A stretch of 64,000 nucleotides of DNA, from positions 78,922 through 142,921 of the forward strand of contig JBAZYF010000004.1 in assembly GCA_041659505.1 (NCBI GenBank). Reading direction: 5' to 3'. This stretch comes from Parcubacteria group bacterium. GTDB taxonomy: Bacteria > Patescibacteriota > Minisyncoccia > Moranbacterales > UBA2206. The notes beneath the pieces are model-generated. The model was given only the letters and a program-made list of their open reading frames with translations, was not told the origin of the DNA and searched no databases. Shown here in pieces: positions 26,864 through 36,433 of the stretch. Each line of letters opens with the position of its first letter. Position 1 is the stretch's first letter. A program made the translations under genes and the position numbers.

Positions 26864-27493
26864 TTAGAAGTTTATGGTTAATAAGTCTTCCGGCCGATCA
26901 ATCAAAAAATCTGGCTGGAATTTTTGCAAAATTTGTTTCGCATTGAATCCATAGCTAACTGCCACGGAAGGAATCTGGCATTTTTTCGCTGCTTCAATAT
27001 CCCGCGTTTCATCCCCAACATTCAATGCTTCACTCGCTTCACAATTGAATTTTTGCAAAATTTTTCGCATCACTTTACTTTTTTCGAAAAGTCCGCATCC
27101 GCCATATACCCAATCAAACATATTTAAATTATGTTTTTGCAAAAAATAATCAACATTGACCTGAGAGTTAGCCGTCAAAAGACAAAGCGCGTAGCCCCTC
27201 TTTTTTAGTTCTAGAAGGGTTGTTTCCATTTTGGGAAAAAGTTCCACCTTGTCTATCTGCGTACCAAATTCTTTTCTTGCAGCGCGAATCACAAAAGGCA
27301 TTTTCCAAAAGGGCACATTCCATTTAGCTATAAGCTCCCGAGAAGAGAGATTGCGCAGACGATCCAGTTCATCCAGGGGCACTTTTTTGAGACCATACCT
27401 TTTGGAAATACTATTAAAGGCCGCGATAGCTAATTGAAAAGAGTCCACCAATGTGCCATCAAAATCAAAAATGATCAACTTTTTTTTAGCCAT
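26864..27493 (-). CDS. HAD-family hydrolase (phosphoglycolate phosphatase-like)
   Basis: FDFDGTLVDS, VGDETRDIEAA. Confidence 0.9.
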   Translation of the reverse strand: MAKKKLIIFDFDGTLVDSFQLAIAAFNSISKRYGLKKVPLDELDRLRNLSSRELIAKWNVPFWKMPFVIRAARKEFGTQIDKVELFPKMETTLLELKKRGYALCLLTANSQVNVDYFLQKHNLNMFDWVYGGCGLFEKSKVMRKILQKFNCEASEALNVGDETRDIEAAKKCQIPSVAVSYGFNAKQILQKFQPDFLIDRPEDLLTINF

Positions 27494-27498
27494 AAAAT

Positions 27499-29226
27499 TT
27501 AACTTACCAATCTAAGGTCGACTAGCTTCATTTGAATTTTTTTACTCCCATTCCATTCATCTTCGTTAAGATTAAAAACAATGTCAATTAAATCATCTTT
27601 TTTTAAATTAATAAATTCATCACCCAATTTAAATCCGATCGCATCAAATATTTTCGGACTTCCGTCATTTGCTCTTAGCGCCAGTTTCAAATGTTTCGTC
27701 CCATTGCCCACGATCCGCACATCGCTCACTCGCATCTGCCTAAGCAGAAAAATCGGTTCTTTATTACCCATTCCAAACGGCTCCATCTTTTTTAGATCTG
27801 TCATAAACTCCCAATCGATATCTTGAGCCTTAAGTTCCAGATCGATGGATAAGGTGGAAATAATTTCTTTTTCCTCAAGTTGTGCCTCGATCAGTTCTGT
27901 CATTTTCTCGCAGAAGCGGTCGACGTTTTCCGGCGAGATCCGCACGCCGGCTGCCTGAGAATGGCCGCCAAATTTGGAAAGTAATTCGGAACATTTTTCC
28001 AAACATTCCACGATATTGATCTCCGGAATGCTCCGGAGCGATCCGACATATTCTTTTTCCTGGATCTGGAAAACAACGGCCGGTTTTTGGAATTTATCCA
28101 CCACCTTGCCAGCCACCAATCCCAAAATTCCCACCGGCCAATGTTCGCTTTTAGCAAACACAAATTTTTTATCGGAAAAATCACGCAAAGCCAGCCCTTC
28201 AATCTCTTTCACTATCTCCCCTGTCATTTTTTGGCGCTCTTGATTTTTACCCTCCACTTCAAGCGCCAACACTCGCGCATGCACTGGATCTTTTTCTATG
28301 ATTAATTTATAGGCTACACTGGCATGATCCATCCGGCCAGCGGCATTAATTCTTGGCGCAATCTGAAAAGCAACTTTTTGCGTATCGGGGATATGGTCTT
28401 CAGAAATTTCAATCCGACCGACTTTAAACATCTCAAGTAGCCCAGAACGACGCGTCTTAGACAACACCACGAGACCATATTTGACTAACATACGATTTTC
28501 TCCGAGTAATGTAACACAATCGGCAATTGTTCCGATGGCCACCAAGTCCAGCATCCATTTGAGTTGATCGATTTTTTCCGGAGCAAATTTTTGGCAGAGT
28601 GCTTGGGCCAGCGTAAATGCCACGCCGACGCCAGCCAAATCAGTAAATTTAAAACCCGAATTTTTCAAGTGCGGATTAATGATTGCCGTGGCTTTAGGCA
28701 AAATTTCTGGAGCATGATGATGGTCGGTAATAATCACATCCATCCCTAAATTTCCTGCCTTTTCTACCTCAGCTACACCGGTAATTCCTGAGTCGACCGT
28801 AATGATCAGGCTTACGCCCTCGTGCGCTAAAAATTCAATTGCTGCATCATTCATTCCATAACCCTCCAATTGACGGTCAGGGATATAATAAGTCAGATCG
28901 GTAAAACCCAAGCTTTCCAAAGTTTCAAAAAGGAGGGCTGTCGCAGTCACTCCATCTGCATCATAGTCACCAAAAATAGCGATTTTTTCTTTTTTCTCTA
29001 GCGCTCTTTTGATCCGCTCCACCGCTTCTGCCATTCCAGAAATTTTCTCCAGATTTTCGCAAACCGCATAATTAAAACTGAAAAAATCCTCAAGAGATTC
29101 TTGAGACACAATGCCACGACCGGCCAATAATTCTAAAACAAGCGGACTGTACTTTTCAGACTCACCAAACTTAGAAAAATCAATTTCGGTGGTTATTTTT
29201 TCTTTCAGCTCCCATTTCTTTTGCAT
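27499..29226 (-). CDS. recJ: ssDNA-specific exonuclease RecJ
   Basis: GDYDADG, TVDSG, TDHH, PRINAAGR, GGHSQAAG, EPFGMGN. Confidence 0.97.
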   Translation of the reverse strand: MQKKWELKEKITTEIDFSKFGESEKYSPLVLELLAGRGIVSQESLEDFFSFNYAVCENLEKISGMAEAVERIKRALEKKEKIAIFGDYDADGVTATALLFETLESLGFTDLTYYIPDRQLEGYGMNDAAIEFLAHEGVSLIITVDSGITGVAEVEKAGNLGMDVIITDHHHAPEILPKATAIINPHLKNSGFKFTDLAGVGVAFTLAQALCQKFAPEKIDQLKWMLDLVAIGTIADCVTLLGENRMLVKYGLVVLSKTRRSGLLEMFKVGRIEISEDHIPDTQKVAFQIAPRINAAGRMDHASVAYKLIIEKDPVHARVLALEVEGKNQERQKMTGEIVKEIEGLALRDFSDKKFVFAKSEHWPVGILGLVAGKVVDKFQKPAVVFQIQEKEYVGSLRSIPEINIVECLEKCSELLSKFGGHSQAAGVRISPENVDRFCEKMTELIEAQLEEKEIISTLSIDLELKAQDIDWEFMTDLKKMEPFGMGNKEPIFLLRQMRVSDVRIVGNGTKHLKLALRANDGSPKIFDAIGFKLGDEFINLKKDDLIDIVFNLNEDEWNGSKKIQMKLVDLRLVS

Positions 29227-29234
29227 CGTTTATT

Positions 29235-29807
29235 TTATTCAGATTTCCCATAGTCGCATCTCAGGCAAACTATTCTACCCGTGAATTCCCTTCTTTCCGC
29301 ATTGGTTATTTCTATGTTTATTACCAAATCTTCTCCACAATTAGCACAAGAAAAATCTTCTTTTAATTTCAAATCCCGTGTCAATCTGAAAATATCTCCG
29401 CCATTGACGTTCAGCTTCAAATTATATTTTTCCAAACTGAACAAGCTTAGCACTCGCGACACCACTTCTTTTGGCGTAACCATGCCAGACACAAAAAAAT
29501 CCCTCACGCCAGCCAGTTCCGCTTTTTTGCGATCCTCTTCGCGTCCCATATGCGATGACATCACAACCGGGATATTATTCGTCGTAACATTTTTAGAAAG
29601 CGCATCTTTCATGCCAAATCCATCCATTTTCGGCATAATAATCCCAGTGAGAATTACATCGGGCACATTTGCCATTGCTTTATTCACGCCATCAAGGCCA
29701 TCTACCGCTTCAATCACTTTAAAGCCTTCCGTCTTGAAAACCTCGGCAAATATTCCGCGCGAATCCGCATCATCATCCACAATTAAAATTTTATATTTTT
29801 TTTCCAT
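29235..29807 (-). CDS. Response regulator receiver-like domain with C-terminal CxxC...CxxC module
   Basis: ILIVDDD, MPKMDG; canonical phospho-Asp appears replaced (ILTGII); CANC...CLRC. Confidence 0.75.
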   Translation of the reverse strand: MEKKYKILIVDDDADSRGIFAEVFKTEGFKVIEAVDGLDGVNKAMANVPDVILTGIIMPKMDGFGMKDALSKNVTTNNIPVVMSSHMGREEDRKKAELAGVRDFFVSGMVTPKEVVSRVLSLFSLEKYNLKLNVNGGDIFRLTRDLKLKEDFSCANCGEDLVINIEITNAERREFTGRIVCLRCDYGKSE

Positions 29808-29818
29808 AAAATTAAAAT

Positions 29819-31882
29819 TTAAATAATTACCTTAATATCCACCGCCACCGCCGCACTGCCATTATTATAGACTAAAAGCGGGTTGATATCAAACTCCGAG
29901 ATACTGCCCAGTTCCTGCGAAAATTCTCCCAAAGCAGTAATTATCCCCGCCAATTCTGAAAGATTGTAGACTTTTTGCCCGCGAGTCTCCCGGAAAAGAA
30001 AGCCTAATTTTCCCTCAATAAGTGATTTTTCTACCGCTTCTCTTGAATATGGCGGAATAAGCATCTCGGCCAGTTTGAAAACTTCGGTGTAGATTCCGCC
30101 CAGGCCATAAACGACAACCGGACCAAAATTAACGTCATATTTTACACCCAAAATTATTTCCATATCCCGCACCAGCATCGGCTGGATGATCAATTTCGCT
30201 TCAGGAAAATTAATCCGCATCTTCCGGAAGGCCATCTCTAATTCAAGCTGGTTTCTTAGATTCAACATTAATCCTTGCTTGTCTGTCTTATGCAAAACCG
30301 CATCGCTATCAACTTTAAGTACCACGGGAAAATCTTTTTGCATAGACAACGCTGCACCTCTATTTATTTCTACAGCTGAAATTGTCTTTATATCATAGAG
30401 CCCCATCAACTTTTGGCTTTCGGAAAAATAAAGCGCGCGCCGATTTTCTTTTTTTGCCAAATCTATAATTGCCGTGGCCTTGGCTTTTCGCTCTTGATTA
30501 ATTCCGCCAGCTAGATTTTCAACCTGTACTTTTTCTTTACACTTCCAGAGAAAAAAGGCATCCAACACGGAAACGGCACTTTCCGGAAAAGCGAAGTTGA
30601 AAATATTTTCTGCGCGCAGTTTTTTCACGCCCTTTTCCACTTTCTTTCCACCGACGAATGATGCCACGATCGCTTTTGTACTTTTAGCGTTGAACTTTGC
30701 AATCACTCGGGCAATTTTTTCCACCGGCGTCTGATCCTGCGGTGTCAAAAGAAAGATGATTGCGCCAATTTCCGGATCCTTGTCAATAATTTGCAAGACT
30801 TTTTTGTAGCGATCTTCCTTCGCATCCCCCAAAAGATCAATCGGATTTTCTATTGAAGCCTCTTCAGGCAAAATTTTTCGCAGAGCCAATTTTGTCTTAT
30901 CACTCAGTTCAGCAAGGATAATTTCTTTTTGCGAAAAAGCATCGGTCGTAAGTACACCTAAACCTCCGGCATTGGTGATAACAGCAATCCGATTACAAAC
31001 CATCGCTTTGTTGTGCGAAATAAATCCGATCAGATTGAAAAATTCCTCCAAGTCCCGCGCACGCATAATCCCCGCTTTGCGAAAAGCTGCTTCCATAATC
31101 ACATCACTACCGGCAAGAGCGCCTGTGTGGGAAGAAATGGCTTTTTGCGAACGCTCCGTCTTTCCCGCTTTCAAAACTACAATCGGTTTTTTCTTTGAAA
31201 CTCTACTCGCCACTTCGATAAATTTCGTGCCATTCTTGATCCCTTCCAGATACATCCCGATTACCGCCGTATCAGGATCATTTTCCAAGTATGTCAGCAT
31301 CTCGGTTTCAGAAATATTAAGTTTGTTGCCAATAGAAACCAGTTTGGAAAAATAGATCTTCTCCGATTGAGCCAGATCTGTAAGCGCTACGGCGAGCGCT
31401 CCGGATTGGGTCACGAACGCCACATTGCCTGCGCCCGGAAGACCGCTGGCAAAAGACGCATTCAGTTTCAATTTGGGAATAATAAAGCCCAAACAGTTCG
31501 GACCTAAAATATTTATTCCATTCTCTTGGGCCAGTTGCAAAAGCTCGGCTTCGCGCGCCTTGCCTTCTTCACCCATCTCAGAAAAACCAGCCGAGACGAT
31601 CACAAAGTTTTTTGCTTTCGCCACATTTTCTCGAATCTCAGCCACCACGAACTTGGCCGGAATTGCTATAATCACCAAATCAATCTCGCCCTCCACTTCA
31701 GAAAGTTTTTTATAGCACTTGGCCTCAAAAATCTGGTCATATTTTGGATTAACCAAATAAATCTTGCCGACATATCCCAGCTCCAAAATATTTTTGGCAA
31801 TCACATTGCCTACCTTCCCAACTTCCGGCGAAGCGCCCACAATGGCAATCGACTGCGGATTGAACATTTTTTCCAAATTCAT
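29819..31882 (-). CDS. Acetate--CoA ligase (ADP-forming), fused alpha/beta
   Basis: IAIVGAS, GPNCLG, QSGA, SHTGALAG, NAGG, NPIDLLGD, HKTD, DINPL. Confidence 0.92.
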   Translation of the reverse strand: MNLEKMFNPQSIAIVGASPEVGKVGNVIAKNILELGYVGKIYLVNPKYDQIFEAKCYKKLSEVEGEIDLVIIAIPAKFVVAEIRENVAKAKNFVIVSAGFSEMGEEGKAREAELLQLAQENGINILGPNCLGFIIPKLKLNASFASGLPGAGNVAFVTQSGALAVALTDLAQSEKIYFSKLVSIGNKLNISETEMLTYLENDPDTAVIGMYLEGIKNGTKFIEVASRVSKKKPIVVLKAGKTERSQKAISSHTGALAGSDVIMEAAFRKAGIMRARDLEEFFNLIGFISHNKAMVCNRIAVITNAGGLGVLTTDAFSQKEIILAELSDKTKLALRKILPEEASIENPIDLLGDAKEDRYKKVLQIIDKDPEIGAIIFLLTPQDQTPVEKIARVIAKFNAKSTKAIVASFVGGKKVEKGVKKLRAENIFNFAFPESAVSVLDAFFLWKCKEKVQVENLAGGINQERKAKATAIIDLAKKENRRALYFSESQKLMGLYDIKTISAVEINRGAALSMQKDFPVVLKVDSDAVLHKTDKQGLMLNLRNQLELEMAFRKMRINFPEAKLIIQPMLVRDMEIILGVKYDVNFGPVVVYGLGGIYTEVFKLAEMLIPPYSREAVEKSLIEGKLGFLFRETRGQKVYNLSELAGIITALGEFSQELGSISEFDINPLLVYNNGSAAVAVDIKVII

Positions 31883-31950
31883 AAATATTGTATTTTCTAG
31901 TTATACAACCATTATAGCACTATATTGAAAATTTGTAGATGCGAGAAAAG

Positions 31951-32358
31951 CTACTTGCCCTGCACTTTTTGCCACAGCGCTTGCAGATAAAGAACCGGCG
32001 CAGAAGAGATTTTTTTATGCATTTCCTCGGAAAAACAACTTTCTTTTCCGGAAGAATTTCGCGCGCTGACAGAGAAATAGTAAGTCTTTCCGGGCTCAAG
32101 ATTACTCAATTTGAATTGACCAACCTTTCCGACTGTTTGATTTTTAGCATATCCTCCCGACGGACAATCGCCGTTTCTTGGGTTGGTACCATAATAGATT
32201 TTGTAGCCGGTCGTATTTCCATCACTGCTCAAATTCCAGGAAAGATTAGCTGTTCCTTTTGGCGGATCAACCTTCAACCAGCTAGATCCAGCCAGAAGCC
32301 AGATGACCACGCTCAAAATCAGCAACGAGAGAAAAGTTATTTTTGTTTTTTGTTGCAT
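31951..32358 (-). CDS. Membrane-anchored single fibronectin type III domain protein
   Basis: N-terminal TM, then NLSW..GYKIYYG...LSNLEPGKTYYFSVSA...ES.FS. Confidence 0.85.
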   Translation of the reverse strand: MQQKTKITFLSLLILSVVIWLLAGSSWLKVDPPKGTANLSWNLSSDGNTTGYKIYYGTNPRNGDCPSGGYAKNQTVGKVGQFKLSNLEPGKTYYFSVSARNSSGKESCFSEEMHKKISSAPVLYLQALWQKVQGK

Positions 32359-32444
32359 ATGCGTTAGTTGGAATTATAGTTACAGCTGGCTCGATTTGAC
32401 ACAAAAACAGGGTCTTTTTGAACCCTGTATTCAAACAAAAAAGA

Positions 32445-33668
32445 TCACTGGGACTTTAGACTCAAACCATAATCCCCCAAAATCTCCGTTACCTCATTAT
32501 TATTTTCAAGATCAATTTTTTTCAAAACATTATAAGCCTCATCCTCAATTTCATTTGTCGTATCGACAGAATCAATAAAAGCAACGTATTTTCCATCAGA
32601 AGATATAAACAGGGCGCTACTGTCCAAGCTCGGATCATCTTCTCCGGTTGCTGGATCAGTATAAATAGGAGCTAATACTCCCGTTTCGAAATTAAATATA
32701 AAAATTCGATTATTCGTAGCCAATGCCAGCCGTTTTTCGTCTTTGCTCCAAGCCACTGAACGCACGCTATCATACCCCGAATCTTCATCCTGATTGATTG
32801 CTGCGGATATATCATAGGTCTTTTCAGGTTTCAAAAGATCATCACTAGCATACAGCAAAAGCTCCCATTGTTTTCCTATCTCAACATTGGGCTTGGCATG
32901 CTGGTTGATCATAATAAAACTTTTTAACGATGGACTGAATGCGCCCGCCGGAACCACTGCCGACACATCGCCAACTTTCAAAGAATCGAAACCTTCCGTC
33001 TTGTTGCAAATTTTAATTTGCGTATCGCAAGCATAAACAGGAGAAACATCACCCAAATCACCAAAGGTCAAATGTCCAAATAATAAATTGCGCTGTGAAT
33101 TCCATCTGAACCAAGACAAAGAAGTCCCTCTTTTTTGTAGCTCAGGGTCTATTCCTTGATATATTTCAGAAAGAAGCGTAGACGGAGAACAGCTTTTATT
33201 TTCAATTTCACAGAGATAATCACTCACAGAAAGTACGGGCTGGTCTGCATCTTTAGGCAATAGCGCGACTGACTTATAAGTTGTAACGGTAACAAGTGCT
33301 TGGCGTTCATCTGGAGAAAGTAAGGTTACGCCCTGCTCAACATCCTCATTTTTATTGTCCCCCAGAACCGGGAAACCTTCAAAACTGTCAAAATTAGATT
33401 GTTCCAAAAGACTTGTCGCCTCAACTTTCCCAGAAAGAAGATCGACTTTTTCCACAGCATCGTTTGCCACCACTAGCAATTTTTTATCAGGAATAACAAC
33501 TTCATCTTGAATAGAAACAGAACCAGCTTCAGAATTAACTGAAGCTGGTTTTAATGATGAATGTTTTCGGCTAATCTGAACAGCTAGTGTGGTCAAGCCA
33601 GCGATTAAAATTATGCCCGCCCCAATGACTGTGAAAAATTTAATTTTATTCTCAATCTTTAACTTCAT
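32445..33668 (-). CDS. Membrane-anchored beta-propeller-like (TolB/WD40-like) protein
   Basis: N-terminal TM; LSPDERQA, FSPS, WSKDEKRLA, ISSDGKYVAF blade motifs. Confidence 0.65.
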   Translation of the reverse strand: MKLKIENKIKFFTVIGAGIILIAGLTTLAVQISRKHSSLKPASVNSEAGSVSIQDEVVIPDKKLLVVANDAVEKVDLLSGKVEATSLLEQSNFDSFEGFPVLGDNKNEDVEQGVTLLSPDERQALVTVTTYKSVALLPKDADQPVLSVSDYLCEIENKSCSPSTLLSEIYQGIDPELQKRGTSLSWFRWNSQRNLLFGHLTFGDLGDVSPVYACDTQIKICNKTEGFDSLKVGDVSAVVPAGAFSPSLKSFIMINQHAKPNVEIGKQWELLLYASDDLLKPEKTYDISAAINQDEDSGYDSVRSVAWSKDEKRLALATNNRIFIFNFETGVLAPIYTDPATGEDDPSLDSSALFISSDGKYVAFIDSVDTTNEIEDEAYNVLKKIDLENNNEVTEILGDYGLSLKSQ

Positions 33669-33704
33669 ATTTTTCCTTTCTGAATCGCTTTTCTCCCCTT
33701 ATCT

Positions 33705-35744
33705 TTAATTTTTTATCCGGTAATAGATTTTTTTACTTTTCCACCCGGTCTTTAGATTAACCGCGTACCAATTATAGGTTCCTTTCGGCTTGGCCGCATA
33801 ATAATCCACTCGAAAATAGCCAGTCTTGGAAGTCTTAACCAACATCGGTTTATAATACCCTCCGCCATATTTGGAGAAGTACAGTGCTACCATTGAATTT
33901 TTGGTAAATTTATTTCCCCGCTCAATTAGCAATCCTCCTCGAGGTACGTTTTTTCGCGAATTGGTAATTTTTCTTGTTTGCTCTTTCTTTTTTGAACTTG
34001 AAGATTTTGATTTGTGATTATCTGAAATTGCTGTTGCATTTGAAATAGAGAAAGAAATTGCATAGTCACTGACAGTCGGATTCAACGCTTCATCCGCACA
34101 ACGCACATAGTAGGTATAACTACCACCGTCAATCAATCCGGTAGCGGAAAAAGAATGCGTGGTTGTTCCGGTAGTGGTAGTAAATTCATCAGTCATAGAA
34201 GCATAAGCCGTCTCGGCGGTAGTAGAGTACTTGCAAGTAGCATTTTCATTTGTTGTCACCCCGACAGTCGCCGAAGTCGTTCCCTTAGTCAACGTTCCGC
34301 TTGGTGTTCCATTGGAAAGCACTGGCGGGGTTGTGTCAGGTATATTTAAAGTGATTGTATCTGTAGTATCGCTTGTCACAGTTAGCCCGCCATCTCGAAA
34401 GCGCATATAGACAGTTTTTGATCCATTTCCACTGGTCAGTGTATGCGACGCGGTTGTGGCACAAGTAGCCCAATTAGTCGGACTAGCGGTGTTCCCAAAA
34501 GCCATCTGCACCGTTGCCCAATCATCAGTTGGACAAGTAATATTTAGCGTAACGGCAGTCGTAACTGCTTCCGTAGCACCATTATCAATTGTGAAAGATC
34601 CCCCCGTCGGTGCCGTTGTGTCGAGTTCAATCGTGTCGGTCACATCACTCGCTGTCACAGTCTGTCCACCATCTCGAAAACTCATATAAACTGTCTTTGT
34701 GCCATCTCCAGCAGACAGCGTATGCGCTGTCGTCGCTGCACAAGTCGTCCAGTTGGTCGGATTAGCTGAATTACCGAAAGCCATCTCAACCGGAGTCCAA
34801 CTGTCCGTCGGACAAGTCACATTCAAAGTCACCGCAGTTGAAGCCGTACGTGCCGCATCGCTATTGATCGTAAAGGATCCACCGGTCGGTGCCGCCATAT
34901 CAATTGTGACTGAATCATTCCGGCTTGTGGAAACATTATCCGCCGCATCTTTCGCCCAAGCATACAGCGTTTTGGTGCCTGTTGTTCCGAAAACAAATTC
35001 TGTCGGAACAGCACCCCAATCAGCGTCATCAGACGCAGGAGCGGAAGATGATTCAGTAAGCAGATACGCGGTCACGCCAATCGCATCAGTCGCTGTGAAT
35101 GTGGTAATCGGAACAGTGAGAGAGGCTGAATTGGCTGGAATTACAAAGGCTGTCACCGTCGGTGCTACACCATCCGTTCCAGTAATCGTAACAGCGGCAG
35201 GAGTCCGTGTTGACACAACTTGCGTTCCATTTCCGTCATTAACCGCTGCATTTGACGCAGTCGTAAAAACAACAGGAGAACTAGTTGCCGCGGAAACAGC
35301 ATGAAAAGAAATTGTCGCCACGTCCGTCGGAATAATCTCAGGGGTCGACGTATAAACAACTACTGTAGCTGTTCCAGCGACATTGTCAAAGGTCGGATAG
35401 CCTTCGAGGGAAGAGAAAGCAGTCGTATTGACAGTTATTCCATTAGTATTAATCTGCAACACTGTTTCATCAAACGTAATGTGCAGCTCGACTGCATTTA
35501 TCCCGGGGTTTCCCTCACTTCCATCATTTGAATTAGGATCAACACTCGCAACAAGATTGAAATCAGCGCCCGCCGCAACTGTCGTTGTTGCCGGAGTAAA
35601 AAGTAGTTCCGCATCATCATCTGTCGCGCGAGCAGTTTTAATTTGGGAAAATTGCCAACAGGTTGTGAGAGTAAAAATAACAGCGATAGTAAGCGTTTTG
35701 AACGTTTTCATGGAAAGTACTTTTTTATTTTTCATATTTTTCAT
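33705..35744 (-). CDS. Secreted scaffold-like protein: cohesin-like domain, several Ig-like domains, basic C-terminal domain
   Basis: Signal peptide; LLFTPATTTVAAGADFNL..INAVELHITFD..VLQ..VATISF cohesin-like pattern; D..AP-started Ig-like repeats; K/R/Y-rich C-terminus. Confidence 0.72.
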   Translation of the reverse strand: MKNMKNKKVLSMKTFKTLTIAVIFTLTTCWQFSQIKTARATDDDAELLFTPATTTVAAGADFNLVASVDPNSNDGSEGNPGINAVELHITFDETVLQINTNGITVNTTAFSSLEGYPTFDNVAGTATVVVYTSTPEIIPTDVATISFHAVSAATSSPVVFTTASNAAVNDGNGTQVVSTRTPAAVTITGTDGVAPTVTAFVIPANSASLTVPITTFTATDAIGVTAYLLTESSSAPASDDADWGAVPTEFVFGTTGTKTLYAWAKDAADNVSTSRNDSVTIDMAAPTGGSFTINSDAARTASTAVTLNVTCPTDSWTPVEMAFGNSANPTNWTTCAATTAHTLSAGDGTKTVYMSFRDGGQTVTASDVTDTIELDTTAPTGGSFTIDNGATEAVTTAVTLNITCPTDDWATVQMAFGNTASPTNWATCATTASHTLTSGNGSKTVYMRFRDGGLTVTSDTTDTITLNIPDTTPPVLSNGTPSGTLTKGTTSATVGVTTNENATCKYSTTAETAYASMTDEFTTTTGTTTHSFSATGLIDGGSYTYYVRCADEALNPTVSDYAISFSISNATAISDNHKSKSSSSKKKEQTRKITNSRKNVPRGGLLIERGNKFTKNSMVALYFSKYGGGYYKPMLVKTSKTGYFRVDYYAAKPKGTYNWYAVNLKTGWKSKKIYYRIKN
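34347..34901 (-). repeat. Two tandem ~93-aa Ig-like repeats within the scaffold gene
   Basis: D..APTGGSFTI...TAVTLN.TCPTD.W..V.MAFGN...PTNW.TCA.T..HTL..G.G.KTVYM.FRDGG.TVT repeated at 279-nt spacing. Confidence 0.9.
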
Positions 35745-35768
35745 ATTTTTTACAGATATTGTTTAGGA

Positions 35769-36302
35769 TTATTCGAAAGAACTTCCAAATTCCCCCGCCA
35801 GAATACTCAAATCACTCACATCAACCGTTCCACTTCGATTAATATCCGCCGCGTGTTCAATAGTTTGGCCGAATAAACCGGCTATAATACCCAAATCAGA
35901 AACATCCACCGCACGATCGATATTTATATCTCCTCGATAAGTAATCAATTTCGAAACCTCAGTCGCGTTATAATTGCTCTCATTAGCCGAAGTGTCATAG
36001 GCCGTCAGACGGAAATAATAGGTCTGTCCGGGAGTGAGTGCATCAAACCAATGCGAAACTCCATTGTCCGTTACATCATAGGAGTTAGCATAATCATCAT
36101 CGGCCGGATCAGTCGCCGACGAGTGGGAAGCAGTGTCGTAATAAATTTTGTAGCCATCCAAATCACCCTCGGAGTTGGCGTTCCAAGTTACGTGCGCCGA
36201 TCCAGCCAAGGCCTGCCCGGCTCCGAAAGCGAATAGAGCAAGAAGCATGCACAAAAAAACCAACTGTTTTTTTGCGGTTTTCATTTCTATTTTACTTTTC
36301 AT
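35769..36302 (-). CDS. Secreted FN3-dockerin protein
   Basis: Signal peptide ending ALA, FN3 (HVTW..GYKIYY..LTPGQTYYFRLTAYD...ES), duplicated Ca-loop dockerin GDINIDRAVDVSDL / ADINRSGTVDVSDL. Confidence 0.88.
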   Translation of the reverse strand: MKSKIEMKTAKKQLVFLCMLLALFAFGAGQALAGSAHVTWNANSEGDLDGYKIYYDTASHSSATDPADDDYANSYDVTDNGVSHWFDALTPGQTYYFRLTAYDTSANESNYNATEVSKLITYRGDINIDRAVDVSDLGIIAGLFGQTIEHAADINRSGTVDVSDLSILAGEFGSSFE

Positions 36303-36433
36303 ATTTTTTTATCCTCCAATTTATTTTTTTAACTAATTAAAGAATTGATTTAATTACAATAAATAATCTTACTTAAACTATACTATATTTTCAAAAAAGC
36401 TGCAAGAAAGTTATCCACAGGTGAAATAATCCT

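Noticed and set aside
36411-36419. Perfect DnaA box TTATCCACA as replication origin
   Set aside because: Single box noticed, no dnaA/dnaN nearby and no switch in gene orientation.
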